Source of the DNA: an uncultured Marinoscillum sp.
GTDB lineage: Bacteria > Bacteroidota > Bacteroidia > Cytophagales > MED-G16
Length of the DNA: 64,000 bases
Direction: 5' to 3'
Assembly: GCA_902628365.1 (NCBI GenBank)
Contig: CACOMW010000005.1
Coordinates: forward strand, 3,592 to 67,591
Numbering within the stretch: position 1 is the stretch's first letter; each line of letters begins with the position of its first letter. The position numbers and the translations under genes are program-made. The notes under the pieces were generated by a model. The model ran no database searches, had not been told where the DNA came from, and was given only the letters and a program-made list of their open reading frames with translations. Positions 37,660 through 47,558 of this stretch are shown one piece after another.

Positions 37660-38949
37660 TTAATCAATCTCTTTGGCTATATTTTCAAGCTGCATACCCC
37701 TAGATGCCTTGAATAGAATTGTACTATTTTCTAAATTTAATCTTTTTATTATCTTAAAAACTTCATTTTTATTTTTAAAATATTTTGCTGAAGGATAGTT
37801 TTCAAATGCATATTTAATTTCATCACCAATTAAATAAACCTCATCAAAGTTAAAATCATTTAAAATGTCCCCTATTTTAGCGTGCTCACTTTTACTTTCT
37901 TTACCTAACTCAAACATGTCGCCTAAAAACAGTATTTTTTTTCCTTTTATGTTAGAAAAATTATTGAGAGCCTTTATTACTGAGGTTGGGTTTGCATTAT
38001 ATGCATCCAAAATAATAGTACAATTTTTTTTTTCTATTACCTGTGATCTATTTTCAGATGGTTCATAACTACATATTACCTCAGCAGCCATTTTTGTATC
38101 AACACCATAATATTTACCAATTGAAAGAGCTGATACAATGTTTTCATAATTGTAATCACCAATAATTTTAGTTTTAAAAATTTCATTTTCATTTAACAAA
38201 AATGAAATAAATGGATCAGCTTTTAAATATTCACAATTTAAGAATGATGACTCACCGAATAATAAATATGGCTTTTCAAATCTTTTAGAAAAATTAGAAA
38301 TTACTTTATCATTATTATTAATAAATGCAACACCATCATTTTTAATTAAATAATCAAAAAGCTCAGATTTTCCTCTTATAACAGACTCAAAACTTCCAAA
38401 ACCTTCTAAATGAACAGGAGCAATGTTTGTAATTATACCTAAATTTGGTTGAGAAATTTCACATAAAAAAGCTATTTCCCCAAGTCCACTAGCACCCATT
38501 TCAATAATCGCAATATCATGTGAATCATTCAATTCAAGAATACTTAATGGAACCCCTATATGATTATTGAAATTTCCAATAGTTGAAAACACATTAAATT
38601 TTACACTAAGTACTAAGGAAATTAATTCTTTAGTTGTTGTTTTTCCATTACTTCCGGTTACTCCAACTACTGGTATTTGAAGTTTACTTCTATGAAAGGC
38701 AGCAAGATTTTGTAAACACTCTAAAGTATTTTCAACATAAACACACTTATCTTTTGATTTAAACTTTTTATTATTTGTTACTGCAAAACTAGCCCCATTT
38801 GATAAAGATTCTTCTATAAAATTATTTCCATCAAAATTATCTCCTAATATCCCAAAAAATAAATTTCCTTTTTTTAGATTTCTAGAATCAATAGAAATAC
38901 CAGTAGACTGAACATATTTTTCATAAATACTATTTAAAATGGAATCCAT
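37660..38949 (-). CDS. murF: UDP-N-acetylmuramoyl-tripeptide--D-alanyl-D-alanine ligase
   Basis: 429 aa with DSRNLKKGNLFFGILGDNFDGNNF and the P-loop VGVTGSNGKTTTKE, giving Mur ligase domain order. Confidence 0.82.
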   Translation of the reverse strand: MDSILNSIYEKYVQSTGISIDSRNLKKGNLFFGILGDNFDGNNFIEESLSNGASFAVTNNKKFKSKDKCVYVENTLECLQNLAAFHRSKLQIPVVGVTGSNGKTTTKELISLVLSVKFNVFSTIGNFNNHIGVPLSILELNDSHDIAIIEMGASGLGEIAFLCEISQPNLGIITNIAPVHLEGFGSFESVIRGKSELFDYLIKNDGVAFINNNDKVISNFSKRFEKPYLLFGESSFLNCEYLKADPFISFLLNENEIFKTKIIGDYNYENIVSALSIGKYYGVDTKMAAEVICSYEPSENRSQVIEKKNCTIILDAYNANPTSVIKALNNFSNIKGKKILFLGDMFELGKESKSEHAKIGDILNDFNFDEVYLIGDEIKYAFENYPSAKYFKNKNEVFKIIKRLNLENSTILFKASRGMQLENIAKEID

Positions 38950-38952
38950 TTC

Positions 38953-39504
38953 TTATTTTTTTGATGGAAAAATTTTATAATCAACATCTACTTGCCCTTT
39001 ACTAATTCTAAGTAATTTATTTTTTATTAATTTTTTTTTGAATGAAGTTAAATAATCTGTGAATAAAACACCTTCAATATGATCATACTCATGCTGAATA
39101 ATTCTTGCTTTCATACCATCAAAAACTTCTTTATGATAATTCCAATTCTCATCAAAATATTCAATTTCTAATTCAGATTTTCTATTAATTCTATCCTTTA
39201 TCAATGGAATGCTTAAGCAACCTTCTTCAAATTCCCAAAGATCACCATCTTCATTTAAAAGTTTAGGATTCACAAAAACTTTTTTAAAATCAGACATTTT
39301 AGGATCTTTTAAACCAGTACCATCCACTACAAAAACTCTTATTGATTTTCCAATTTGTGGTGCTGCTAAACCAATCCCATCAGCAAACTCCATAGTTTCA
39401 AACATATCTTCTGAAAGTTTTTTAATATTAATATCACCTTTTTTAACCTTCGATGCTTTCTTCTTTAGAATAGTATTTCCATACATATAAATAGGATATA
39501 TCAT
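38953..39504 (-). CDS. def: peptide deformylase
   Basis: 183 aa with GIGLAAPQIG, EGCLSIP and HEYDHIEG, the three PDF motifs. Confidence 0.95.
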   Translation of the reverse strand: MIYPIYMYGNTILKKKASKVKKGDINIKKLSEDMFETMEFADGIGLAAPQIGKSIRVFVVDGTGLKDPKMSDFKKVFVNPKLLNEDGDLWEFEEGCLSIPLIKDRINRKSELEIEYFDENWNYHKEVFDGMKARIIQHEYDHIEGVLFTDYLTSFKKKLIKNKLLRISKGQVDVDYKIFPSKK

Positions 39505-39917
39505 ATTTTACCATTTAATAAATAGGACTGTAAAATTAAAGAGGCACTAACTTTATCAATATTACTTTTTTCTCTTCTGTATTTTTTATTTTTTCCCGCA
39601 TCCAATATTGCCTTAGATGCAATCTTAGAGGTATATCTTTCATCAATAAGTTTAACAGGAATTAAAGGAAATATTTTTTTTAATATTTCAACAAATTTTT
39701 TTACTAATTTAGTTGAATCTGTAGGTTTACTTTTTAAATCTAGAGGGAATCCAACTATAAAAAGATCAATTTTATTATCTTCAAGATAATTTTTAATAAA
39801 GTTTATCACTTTAGAAGATTCACATGTTTTATAAGGAGAAGCAATAATTTTTAAGGGATCACTTATAGCTATACCTGTTCTTTTATAACCATAATCAAAA
39901 GACATTATTCTTCCCAT
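39501..39917 (-). CDS. ruvX: Holliday-junction-resolvase-like pre-16S rRNA nuclease (YqgF/RuvX)
   Basis: 138 aa with N-terminal GRIMSFDYGYKRTGIAISD and ...DERYTSK... Overlaps def by 4 nt. Confidence 0.85.
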   Translation of the reverse strand: MGRIMSFDYGYKRTGIAISDPLKIIASPYKTCESSKVINFIKNYLEDNKIDLFIVGFPLDLKSKPTDSTKLVKKFVEILKKIFPLIPVKLIDERYTSKIASKAILDAGKNKKYRREKSNIDKVSASLILQSYLLNGKI

Positions 39918-40675
39918 CAGTTATGAAAGGCAATATTGTCAAGTATTTTAGATACTTTTTTTTCTAATTTAAATGCTTTAGGAAAAAGGATTTTATTTTC
40001 GATATAAGAATGAACAGATAGCTCTTCATCAAATTCTTTTAATTCTTGAAAGATGACTTTTAAATGTAAATCTTGAATATTTTTATAAGAATAATTTTTA
40101 GTGATTCCTCTTATACCAGCCATTTCTGAATCTTCATTTATATGATCATTAAGGATTTTATTTATTGAAAAACTTTTCATCATAAAAATTAAAGATGTGG
40201 TATTTACGCGTCCTTGTTCTGCATTAAATAATTCATAAATATATTTAAAGAAATAATTTTCTTCTTCATAGATATGCTCTACAAAATCTTCAAAAAATAT
40301 TGGGAAAATAAATTTTAAATCTTTAGAAAAATTAGTTTGATTATTATCATTTAAATTATTAATCAAATTGTGTAAGTATGGCAATTTATTTTTTATAAAA
40401 TAATTGTGGTTATCTTTCAAAAACTCAATAACTAAATTTATAGGTGATGATTTTAAATACTCATGAGCAAGAGAATTAGACTCATGTAATGAATTTCTAT
40501 ATCCCAATAGCTTACCAAAAGATATACCTTTACTTACACATAAATCATTGAGATTTTCATCATAATGTTTATAAAAGTCAATCCCAAAAGAATTCAAAAC
40601 CTTAGCATAATGATAATCATCATGAATTAAATCAAATACTTTCTTTTTATTCAGATACTTGGAGTTTTGTAACAT
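39917..40675 (-). CDS. hypothetical protein, possibly hemerythrin/RIC(ScdA)-like
   Basis: 252 aa. The N-terminal AKVLNSFGIDFYKH...LNDLCVSKGISFGKLL resembles the ScdA_N/DUF542 helix pair. The rest is helical with His/Glu-rich spacing. Weak assignment. Confidence 0.35.
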   Translation of the reverse strand: MLQNSKYLNKKKVFDLIHDDYHYAKVLNSFGIDFYKHYDENLNDLCVSKGISFGKLLGYRNSLHESNSLAHEYLKSSPINLVIEFLKDNHNYFIKNKLPYLHNLINNLNDNNQTNFSKDLKFIFPIFFEDFVEHIYEEENYFFKYIYELFNAEQGRVNTTSLIFMMKSFSINKILNDHINEDSEMAGIRGITKNYSYKNIQDLHLKVIFQELKEFDEELSVHSYIENKILFPKAFKLEKKVSKILDNIAFHN

Positions 40676-40763
40676 GAAAATAAATCTATTAATTATATTT
40701 TTAAATAGTAAGATTATTTCAAAAAATATCTTTAATAAATCTTTTTAAAAAAAAATGAGATGT

Positions 40764-42203
40764 TTAACCGTTCATTGAAACCAAAAATTCTTCATTATTT
40801 TTAGTTCCTTTAATTTTTGATAATAAAAATTCCATAGCTTCAATGGAGTTCATGTCAGCAAGATACTTACGTAAAACCCAAAGCCTAGATAGCTCATCCT
40901 TACTCATAAGTAAATCTTCTCTTCTAGTTCCAGAAGCTGTAACATCGATAGCAGGATAAAGTCTTCTATTTGATAATTTTCTATCTAACTGAAGTTCCAT
41001 ATTACCTGTGCCTTTAAATTCTTCAAATATAACCTCGTCCATTTTGGATCCAGTCTCAATTAAAGCTGTTGTTATAATGGTAAGAGATCCACCGTTTTCT
41101 ACATTTCTTGCAGCACCAAAAAATCTTTTAGGTTTGTGTAATGCGTTTGCATCTACTCCTCCAGATAAAATCTTACCAGATGATGGAATTACAGTATTAT
41201 GAGCCCTAGCCAGTCTTGTTAAGGAATCTAAAAGAATTACAACATCATGTCCGCACTCAACCATTCTTTTGGCTTTTTCTAAAACAATATTTGCAACTTT
41301 TACATGCCTTTCAGCTTGCTCATCAAAAGTAGATGAAATAACTTCTGCTTTTACACTTCTGGCCATATCAGTAACTTCTTCTGGTCTTTCATCAATAAGT
41401 AAAATCATTAAATAAACCTCAGGATGACTATCTGCAATAGCATTAGCAATTTGTTTTAAAAGAACGGTCTTTCCTGTTTTTGGTTGAGAAACGATCATTC
41501 CTCTCTGACCTTTTCCTATCGGAGAAAAAAGATCCATTATTCTTGTCGAATAATTATCTGACTTAGTACTCAAATTAAGTTTTTGATCAGGAAAAAGAGG
41601 AGTAAGATATCTAAAAGGGACTCTATCTCTAACTTCTTCAGGTTTTCTACCATTAATTTCAGAAACTTCAATAAGAGCAAAATATTTTTCATTTTCTTTT
41701 GGTGGTCTTATCTTACCCTTAACAGTATCTCCTGTTTTTAAACCAAATAACTTGACTTGAGAGGGAGAGACATAAATATCATCTGGACTAGCTAAATAAT
41801 TATAATCACTACTTCTTAAAAAACCATAACCATCTTGCATCATTTCAAGTACACCTTCACTTTCAATTACACCTTCAAATTCTTTTAAATCAGATTCGAA
41901 TTTGGCTTTCTTTTGTAGATACTCATCTCTAGGTAGTTTTTTTCTAATACCAGGTTTATCATTATCCGAATCATTATTATTCACTACTTTCTTAGATAAA
42001 GGTTTTTTATTTTTTATGGATGTTTTAGAATTTTTATCATTTACTTTTTTATCAATTTTTGGCTTAACAACGGCTTGCTCATCTATTATTTTATAAATTA
42101 AATCTTTTTTTGAAAGTTTTGTTATACCACTAATTTTTAAATCTTCTGCTATAGCCTTTAGCTCTGATAAAAGCTTATCATTTAATTGCTCTATTGTATA
42201 CAT
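40764..42203 (-). CDS. rho: transcription termination factor Rho
   Basis: 479 aa. Rho_N ([18 protein letters not shown]), a Lys-rich insertion, the CSD-like RNA-binding domain (GYGFLRS...YVSPSQV) and Walker [16 protein letters not shown]. Confidence 0.95.
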   Translation of the reverse strand: MYTIEQLNDKLLSELKAIAEDLKISGITKLSKKDLIYKIIDEQAVVKPKIDKKVNDKNSKTSIKNKKPLSKKVVNNNDSDNDKPGIRKKLPRDEYLQKKAKFESDLKEFEGVIESEGVLEMMQDGYGFLRSSDYNYLASPDDIYVSPSQVKLFGLKTGDTVKGKIRPPKENEKYFALIEVSEINGRKPEEVRDRVPFRYLTPLFPDQKLNLSTKSDNYSTRIMDLFSPIGKGQRGMIVSQPKTGKTVLLKQIANAIADSHPEVYLMILLIDERPEEVTDMARSVKAEVISSTFDEQAERHVKVANIVLEKAKRMVECGHDVVILLDSLTRLARAHNTVIPSSGKILSGGVDANALHKPKRFFGAARNVENGGSLTIITTALIETGSKMDEVIFEEFKGTGNMELQLDRKLSNRRLYPAIDVTASGTRREDLLMSKDELSRLWVLRKYLADMNSIEAMEFLLSKIKGTKNNEEFLVSMNG

Positions 42204-42326
42204 TGGTAAAAATAAATTTAGTTAATACGATTACTAATATTTGCTATTAAAGTTTTGATTATATCTTTTCTGGAAATTTCAGAAATCGTTTGAAGTGGCA
42301 ATATTAGTACAATATTGTAAATATTT

Positions 42327-42334
42327 CAAATTTA
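42327..42334 (-). promoter_or_regulatory. candidate -7 promoter box (TAAATTTG) for rho
   Basis: Plus-strand CAAATTTA is the reverse complement of TAAATTTG. It implies a leader of about 120 nt, which is plausible for an autoregulated rho. Motif match only. Confidence 0.3.
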
Positions 42335-42389
42335 TCTTCTTTTTTTTATTTATTTGTACTAGAATAAGAATATAGATAATATCTAAATT

Positions 42390-43658
42390 ATGCTAGAAAT
42401 AAAAAATATAAGAAATAATAAAGATGAAATCATTCTTAATTTATCAAAACGAAAAGTTAATAATATAAAATCAATAATTAATGATCTAATTAAGCTAGAT
42501 GATAAAAGAAAAAAAATAAAAAGCCTATATGATAATTTAAATAGTCAGTATAATCAATCATCAAAAGAAATTGGTATAAATATAAAAGAAGGTAAGAATT
42601 CAAAAATTGAAGATCTTAAAAAACAAAATTCTGTAATTAAAGAAGATATAAAGAAGACAACTGAAGATTTAAAATTAATTGAAAAGGAAATTTTTGATAT
42701 TCTAACAAGTATACCAAATGTTCCATACAAAAATGTCCCTCAAGGAAATAAACAAGAAAACAATGAGATAGTTTTTGAATCAGAAGCAATAAAAATTGAA
42801 AACAAATTATTGCCACATTGGGATTTAATTAAAAAACATAAAATTATTGACTTTGAACTTGGTAATAAAATAACTAGCGCAGGATTTCCTGTATATGTAA
42901 ACAAAGGGGCAAAACTTCAAAGAGCTTTAATAAATTATTTTTTAGACGAGGCTATTAAAAAGGGTTACACAGAAATTCAACCTCCAATTTTAATTAACGA
43001 AAACTCAGCTTTTGGAACAGGACAAATTCCGGATAAAGAAGGTCAAATGTATAAGATTGAAAATGAAAATCTTTTCTTGATACCAACTGCTGAGGTTCCC
43101 ATTACAAATGTCTATCAAAATACTATCATAGACACCAATGATATACCAATTAAGAATGTAGCATACACACCATGTTTTAGAAAAGAAGCAGGATCGTGGG
43201 GGTCACATGTTAGAGGTTTAAATAGATTGCATCAATTTGATAAAGTCGAAATAGTTCAAATAGTTAGCCCTGAAAAATCTTATAGTATACTTGATGAAAT
43301 GTGCAATTATGTTGAAGAATTACTTAAAAATTTAAACTTACCTTATAGAAAGATTAGATTGTGTTCGGGAGATTTAGGATTTACATCAGCGATGACATAT
43401 GATTTTGAAGTTTTTTCTCCAGGACAAAAAAAATGGCTTGAATGTAGCTCCGTAAGCAATTTCGAAACTTATCAATCTAATAGAGCAAATATCAAAATAA
43501 AATTAGAAAATAGAAGTAAAGTTTTAGCTCATACACTAAATGGATCTGCTCTAGCTTTACCAAGAATTTTAGCATCAATTATTGAAAATTATCAATCGAA
43601 TAATAAAATAAAAATTCCAAAAGTTTTAATCCCTTATACAGGTTTTGATGAAATATAA
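42390..43658 (+). CDS. serS: seryl-tRNA synthetase
   Basis: 422 aa. N-terminal coiled-coil arm and class II motifs (FRKEAGS..., TLNGSALALPR). Confidence 0.95.
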   Translation: MLEIKNIRNNKDEIILNLSKRKVNNIKSIINDLIKLDDKRKKIKSLYDNLNSQYNQSSKEIGINIKEGKNSKIEDLKKQNSVIKEDIKKTTEDLKLIEKEIFDILTSIPNVPYKNVPQGNKQENNEIVFESEAIKIENKLLPHWDLIKKHKIIDFELGNKITSAGFPVYVNKGAKLQRALINYFLDEAIKKGYTEIQPPILINENSAFGTGQIPDKEGQMYKIENENLFLIPTAEVPITNVYQNTIIDTNDIPIKNVAYTPCFRKEAGSWGSHVRGLNRLHQFDKVEIVQIVSPEKSYSILDEMCNYVEELLKNLNLPYRKIRLCSGDLGFTSAMTYDFEVFSPGQKKWLECSSVSNFETYQSNRANIKIKLENRSKVLAHTLNGSALALPRILASIIENYQSNNKIKIPKVLIPYTGFDEI

Positions 43659-44112
43659 TCTTATAAAAATTAGGGAAGGAAGAGTTGAAGACCTTACAAA
43701 TGTTTTTAATTTAATTAAAGAACTTGCAAAATATGAGAATGCTTTACATAGTGTGAAAATAAATATTGAAACTCTAACTAAAGACGGATATGGTGAAAAC
43801 CCTCAATTTAAAATTTTCGTTGCAGAATATGATTCTAAATTAATTGGTATGGGCTTAGTTTACTTTAGGTATTCAACCTGGAAAGGCAAAAGATTATATT
43901 TAGAAGATCTTATAGTAAATAAAAAATATAGAAGAAAGGAAGTAGGAAAAAAATTATTAGAAAAGATAATTAATTATGGTAAAAGAAATTCATGCAGCGG
44001 TTTAATGCTACAGGTTCTAGACTGGAATGAAATAGGAATAAATTTTTATAAAAAACATGATTTTCAATTTGACAATCAATGGTTAAATTGCTATTTAGAT
44101 TTTAAGAAATAA
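43645..44112 (+). CDS. GNAT-family N-acetyltransferase (diamine/SSAT-like)
   Basis: 155 aa with the acetyl-CoA-binding motif YRRKEVGKKLLEKII. Overlaps serS by 14 nt. Confidence 0.7.
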   Translation: MMKYNLIKIREGRVEDLTNVFNLIKELAKYENALHSVKINIETLTKDGYGENPQFKIFVAEYDSKLIGMGLVYFRYSTWKGKRLYLEDLIVNKKYRRKEVGKKLLEKIINYGKRNSCSGLMLQVLDWNEIGINFYKKHDFQFDNQWLNCYLDFKK

Positions 44113-44127
44113 TTTAAATATTTTAAT

Positions 44128-45618
44128 TTGAAAAACTTATCAAAGAAAAAACTTAATATATGTGTAATTGGAGCTGGTTTTGCCGGAATTTCTGCAGCCA
44201 CAAAATTAGCTGATAACGGACATAATGTTTTTGTATTAGAAAAAAATTCTGATTTTGGTGGAAGAGCTAGAAAACTTAAAGCTAAAGGGTTTACGTTTGA
44301 TATGGGCCCATCCTGGTACTGGATGCCTGACGTATTTGAAAGACATTTTAAAATCAATGGCGAAAAGATAGAAGATTATTTAAAACTCAAAAGGTTAAAT
44401 CCATCTTATAAGATATTTTTTTCAGATAAACATAAAGTGACGTTGCCCGCTGAATTTGATGATATTAAAAAAATTTTTGAAAAATATGAAAAGGGAAGCG
44501 GGAAAAATCTTTCAAGATTTTTAGAAGATGCAGAAAAAAAATATAAAATTGGAATGAACAAATTTGTGCGTAAACCAAGTAAATCTATTTTTGAATTTTT
44601 CAATTTTGAGATACTTACTGGTTTATTGAAAATGGATCTATTTAAATCCATGCACTCACACATAAGAAAGTACTTTAAAAATAAATTTTTAATAAAAATT
44701 ATTGAATTTCCACTTCTATTTTTAGGAGCAACACCCAAAAATACTCCTGCGCTGTATAGTTTAATGAATTATGCCGATATTAAATTAGGAACATGGTATC
44801 CTGAAGGAGGAATATATAAAATTATTGAAGCAATGATTTCTTTAGCTAAAAAAAAAGGTGTCATTTTTTATTCAAAAAATGAAGTAAAATCATTTCAAAT
44901 AAAGAATAAGAAAATTATCAAAGTTGAGACTAATAAAAAATTATTTGATGTTGATGTTGTCGTATCAGGAGCAGACTATCATCATACAGAACAAAAATTA
45001 TTGCCTCCTAAATACAGAAATTATTCATCTAATTATTGGGATAAAATGACTATGTCACCATCATCTTTATTATTTTACTTAGGCACTAATAAAAAGCTTA
45101 AAAATATTGCCCATCATTGTTTATTTTTTGATAAAGATTTTGATCAACATGCTAAAGACATTTATGAGTTTCCTCAATGGCCAGAAGAACCATTATTTTA
45201 TGGATCATTTTCTTCAAAAAGCGATAATTCTGTTAGTCCAAAAGGATGTGAAAATATTGTTTTATTAGTTCCAATCGCACCAAATTTAAAAGATTCTGAT
45301 TCTATTAGAGAAAAGTATTACGATATGATTATGAATAGATTAGAGAAATTAACAAAGCAAAGTATTAAAGAACATGTGATCTTTAAAAAGAGTTATTGTA
45401 TTAATAATTTTAAAAAAGATTATAACTCATTTAGAGGAAATGCTTATGGTTTAGCAAACACATTATTTCAAACAGCAATTTTCAAACCATCAATCAAAAA
45501 TAAAAAGTTAATAAACTTATATTATTGTGGGCAATTAACTGTACCTGGCCCTGGGGTACCTCCATCAATAATTTCTGGTGAAGTAGCTGCAAAAGAAATA
45601 ATAAAAGATTTTGAATAA
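44128..45618 (+). CDS. crtI: phytoene desaturase
   Basis: 496 aa with the FAD dinucleotide fold ICVIGAGFAGISAA...VFVLEKNSDFGGRA and the C-terminal LYYCGQLTVPGPGVPPSIISG motif. The only available start is TTG 44128, because an in-frame stop lies at 44110-12 and there is no in-frame ATG before the GxGxxG. Confidence 0.85.
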   Translation: MKNLSKKKLNICVIGAGFAGISAATKLADNGHNVFVLEKNSDFGGRARKLKAKGFTFDMGPSWYWMPDVFERHFKINGEKIEDYLKLKRLNPSYKIFFSDKHKVTLPAEFDDIKKIFEKYEKGSGKNLSRFLEDAEKKYKIGMNKFVRKPSKSIFEFFNFEILTGLLKMDLFKSMHSHIRKYFKNKFLIKIIEFPLLFLGATPKNTPALYSLMNYADIKLGTWYPEGGIYKIIEAMISLAKKKGVIFYSKNEVKSFQIKNKKIIKVETNKKLFDVDVVVSGADYHHTEQKLLPPKYRNYSSNYWDKMTMSPSSLLFYLGTNKKLKNIAHHCLFFDKDFDQHAKDIYEFPQWPEEPLFYGSFSSKSDNSVSPKGCENIVLLVPIAPNLKDSDSIREKYYDMIMNRLEKLTKQSIKEHVIFKKSYCINNFKKDYNSFRGNAYGLANTLFQTAIFKPSIKNKKLINLYYCGQLTVPGPGVPPSIISGEVAAKEIIKDFE

Positions 45619-45625
45619 AGTTCTT

Positions 45626-46429
45626 TCAGTAATCTAATTTATACATATCCAGCATCACATCATCAAGTCCTTCATTATCAAAAGGATCTTCAATTTGTTC
45701 TTGAACATTAAAAAGTGAAATTAATATAAAGGATATTATAACATTTAAACCATATACAACAAAAGGATGGTATGCCCCATCAGCAACAGTACTAAAAATT
45801 TCACCTGAAGAACTTATTATTTCTCCACCCCCTGTTTCAATATTATACATTAAAGTCGGAGCATAATAAAATGGGAATACATAAATAAATAATTCACAAT
45901 AAGCTCTAATGCTTTGAGGAGTTCTATGAAATTTGATAGAAATAGTATTTTCAATTCCCATGAGAACATCTCTCATATATCTATAAACTCTCAATGACAA
46001 ACCTCTACCTAACGATTCTTTATGCTCTTCTACCATAGCCTTTATATTACCTATATTCTTATTAAGATCAGTTCTATCATTCGATTGAGAACTTAAAAAG
46101 GCAATGAGAGAAACTTTAATTTTTTTAATTACTTCATAAATTTCATCCTTTGTTTTCTCAGGCATATCTCTAGCTTGTGTAAAAGAGTAATATATGGTTG
46201 CTAAAGCTGCTTTTGTTCTTGACAAATGTTCCAAAGATTTGTCTCTTCTTTGAAAAGCACTCCCTAAAGTAAAAACTAATGGAAAAACAACGGCTACAGA
46301 AATTAAAGTTAAATCTAAATTAAATCTAAAGTCATACTTATATGAAAGCCAAGTTGCAACTAATGATATAATTATTGATATTAGTGTTCTATAATTTAAG
46401 GCACTAGTATATTTTGAATGAGCTGACAT
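45626..46429 (-). CDS. bestrophin/UPF0187 (YneE-like) family membrane protein
   Basis: 267 aa with TM segments. The C-terminal LFNVQEQIEDPFDNEGLDDVMLD matches, from memory, the family hallmark ...EELEDPFG...NDLPLD of E. coli YneE. Confidence 0.55.
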   Translation of the reverse strand: MSAHSKYTSALNYRTLISIIISLVATWLSYKYDFRFNLDLTLISVAVVFPLVFTLGSAFQRRDKSLEHLSRTKAALATIYYSFTQARDMPEKTKDEIYEVIKKIKVSLIAFLSSQSNDRTDLNKNIGNIKAMVEEHKESLGRGLSLRVYRYMRDVLMGIENTISIKFHRTPQSIRAYCELFIYVFPFYYAPTLMYNIETGGGEIISSSGEIFSTVADGAYHPFVVYGLNVIISFILISLFNVQEQIEDPFDNEGLDDVMLDMYKLDY

Positions 46430-46434
46430 TTGTT

Positions 46435-46442
46435 TACTTTTG
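46435..46442 (+). promoter_or_regulatory. candidate -7 promoter box (TACTTTTG) upstream of the CotH-like/crtB gene string
   Basis: Matches TAnnTTTG and ends 35 nt upstream of ATG 46478. Motif match only. Confidence 0.3.
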
Positions 46443-46477
46443 TCTAAACTTAATTTTTATTTAAATCTAAAAAAACT

Positions 46478-47512
46478 ATGACTAATACTTACAGGAAATT
46501 AATAAATCTTTTTAATTTTTTTATCCTTTTAACACTTTTTTCATATAATCTATTTAGTCAAGAATCTAGATTATTTGATAAGCCATTTAATTTGAAAGTG
46601 GATTTTAATATGGATTTCAAAGACCTTCAAAAAAATACAAATGATACAAGCTTTATTAAAACTGTAATTAATTATTCAGTAGATGGCGGAGAAACTCTTT
46701 CTATACCGACAAAGATTAGAGCAAGAGGAAATTTTAGAAGAAAAATTTGCTATTTCAAACCAATGAAAATTAAAATCAAAAAGAAAGATGCAGAGAATAC
46801 TATTTTTAAGGGTGCACGTACACTTAAACTTGTTGTGCCTTGTCAAAATGAAAGTGGCAATAATGAATTAGTTTACAAAGAAATAATGTGTTATGAAATG
46901 TTTGAAAAACTTTCTAAAATACATTTAAAAACTCAACCCGTAGAATTAACTATACATGAAACTAAGGGAAAGAAGATAATTGATCATAATATTTTTGGTT
47001 TTTTGATTGAAGATGATGATAAATTAGCTAAAAGACATGATGCAAAAAAATATCCAAGCAATAGAAGGGTTAGTCCATTATCAATTTCAGATTCTTCTGC
47101 AGTAAATTTTGCAATTTTTGAATATATGATCGGTAATACTGATTGGTCTATGGTATATCAACATAATGTTGAAATGTTATATCTTAATTCTGCAGCATTT
47201 GCAATACCTTATGACTTTGATCATAGCGGCATAGTAAATGCCTATTATGCAAAACCAAATCCTATGTTGAATATCAGAAGTGTAAGAGATAGAATTTATA
47301 GGGGGATGTGTAGAAAAGATCCATTGATATTTGAAAAAATGAGACAATATTATGTTTCAAAAATTGATGATGTTAGTTCCGTTTTAGAAAAATATAAAGG
47401 AAAAATTTCTGATAAAGAATATACAAGAATTGATGAATATTTAGGAGAATTCTTTGAAATAGTAAATTCTAAAGAGCTATTTGATAAAAATATTTCATCT
47501 AAATGTAGATAA
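46478..47512 (+). CDS. secreted hypothetical protein with CotH-like (atypical kinase fold) motifs
   Basis: 344 aa with signal peptide. IRARGNFRRKICYFKPMKIKIKK resembles the CotH RGNSS...K.S(F/Y)KIKF block. GNTDWSMVYQHNVEMLY...AIPYDFDHSG resembles the CotH ...HNYYLY...PWD.D.SFG block. Recognition by eye only. Confidence 0.35.
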   Translation: MTNTYRKLINLFNFFILLTLFSYNLFSQESRLFDKPFNLKVDFNMDFKDLQKNTNDTSFIKTVINYSVDGGETLSIPTKIRARGNFRRKICYFKPMKIKIKKKDAENTIFKGARTLKLVVPCQNESGNNELVYKEIMCYEMFEKLSKIHLKTQPVELTIHETKGKKIIDHNIFGFLIEDDDKLAKRHDAKKYPSNRRVSPLSISDSSAVNFAIFEYMIGNTDWSMVYQHNVEMLYLNSAAFAIPYDFDHSGIVNAYYAKPNPMLNIRSVRDRIYRGMCRKDPLIFEKMRQYYVSKIDDVSSVLEKYKGKISDKEYTRIDEYLGEFFEIVNSKELFDKNISSKCR

Positions 47513-47558
47513 GCTTTTTTTAAAAATAAATTAAATAAGGTTAACACTGGAATCACAA

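Noticed and set aside
37865-42096. Plus-strand ORFs inside murF, def and rho (37865-38068, 39209-39490, 41008-41202, 41902-42096).
   Set aside because: They are shadow ORFs opposite conserved housekeeping genes.
44091-44738. Minus-strand ORFs at 44091-44357 and 44406-44738 overlapping crtI.
   Set aside because: The crtI frame carries the FAD-binding fold and C-terminal signature. The antisense ORFs are low-complexity.
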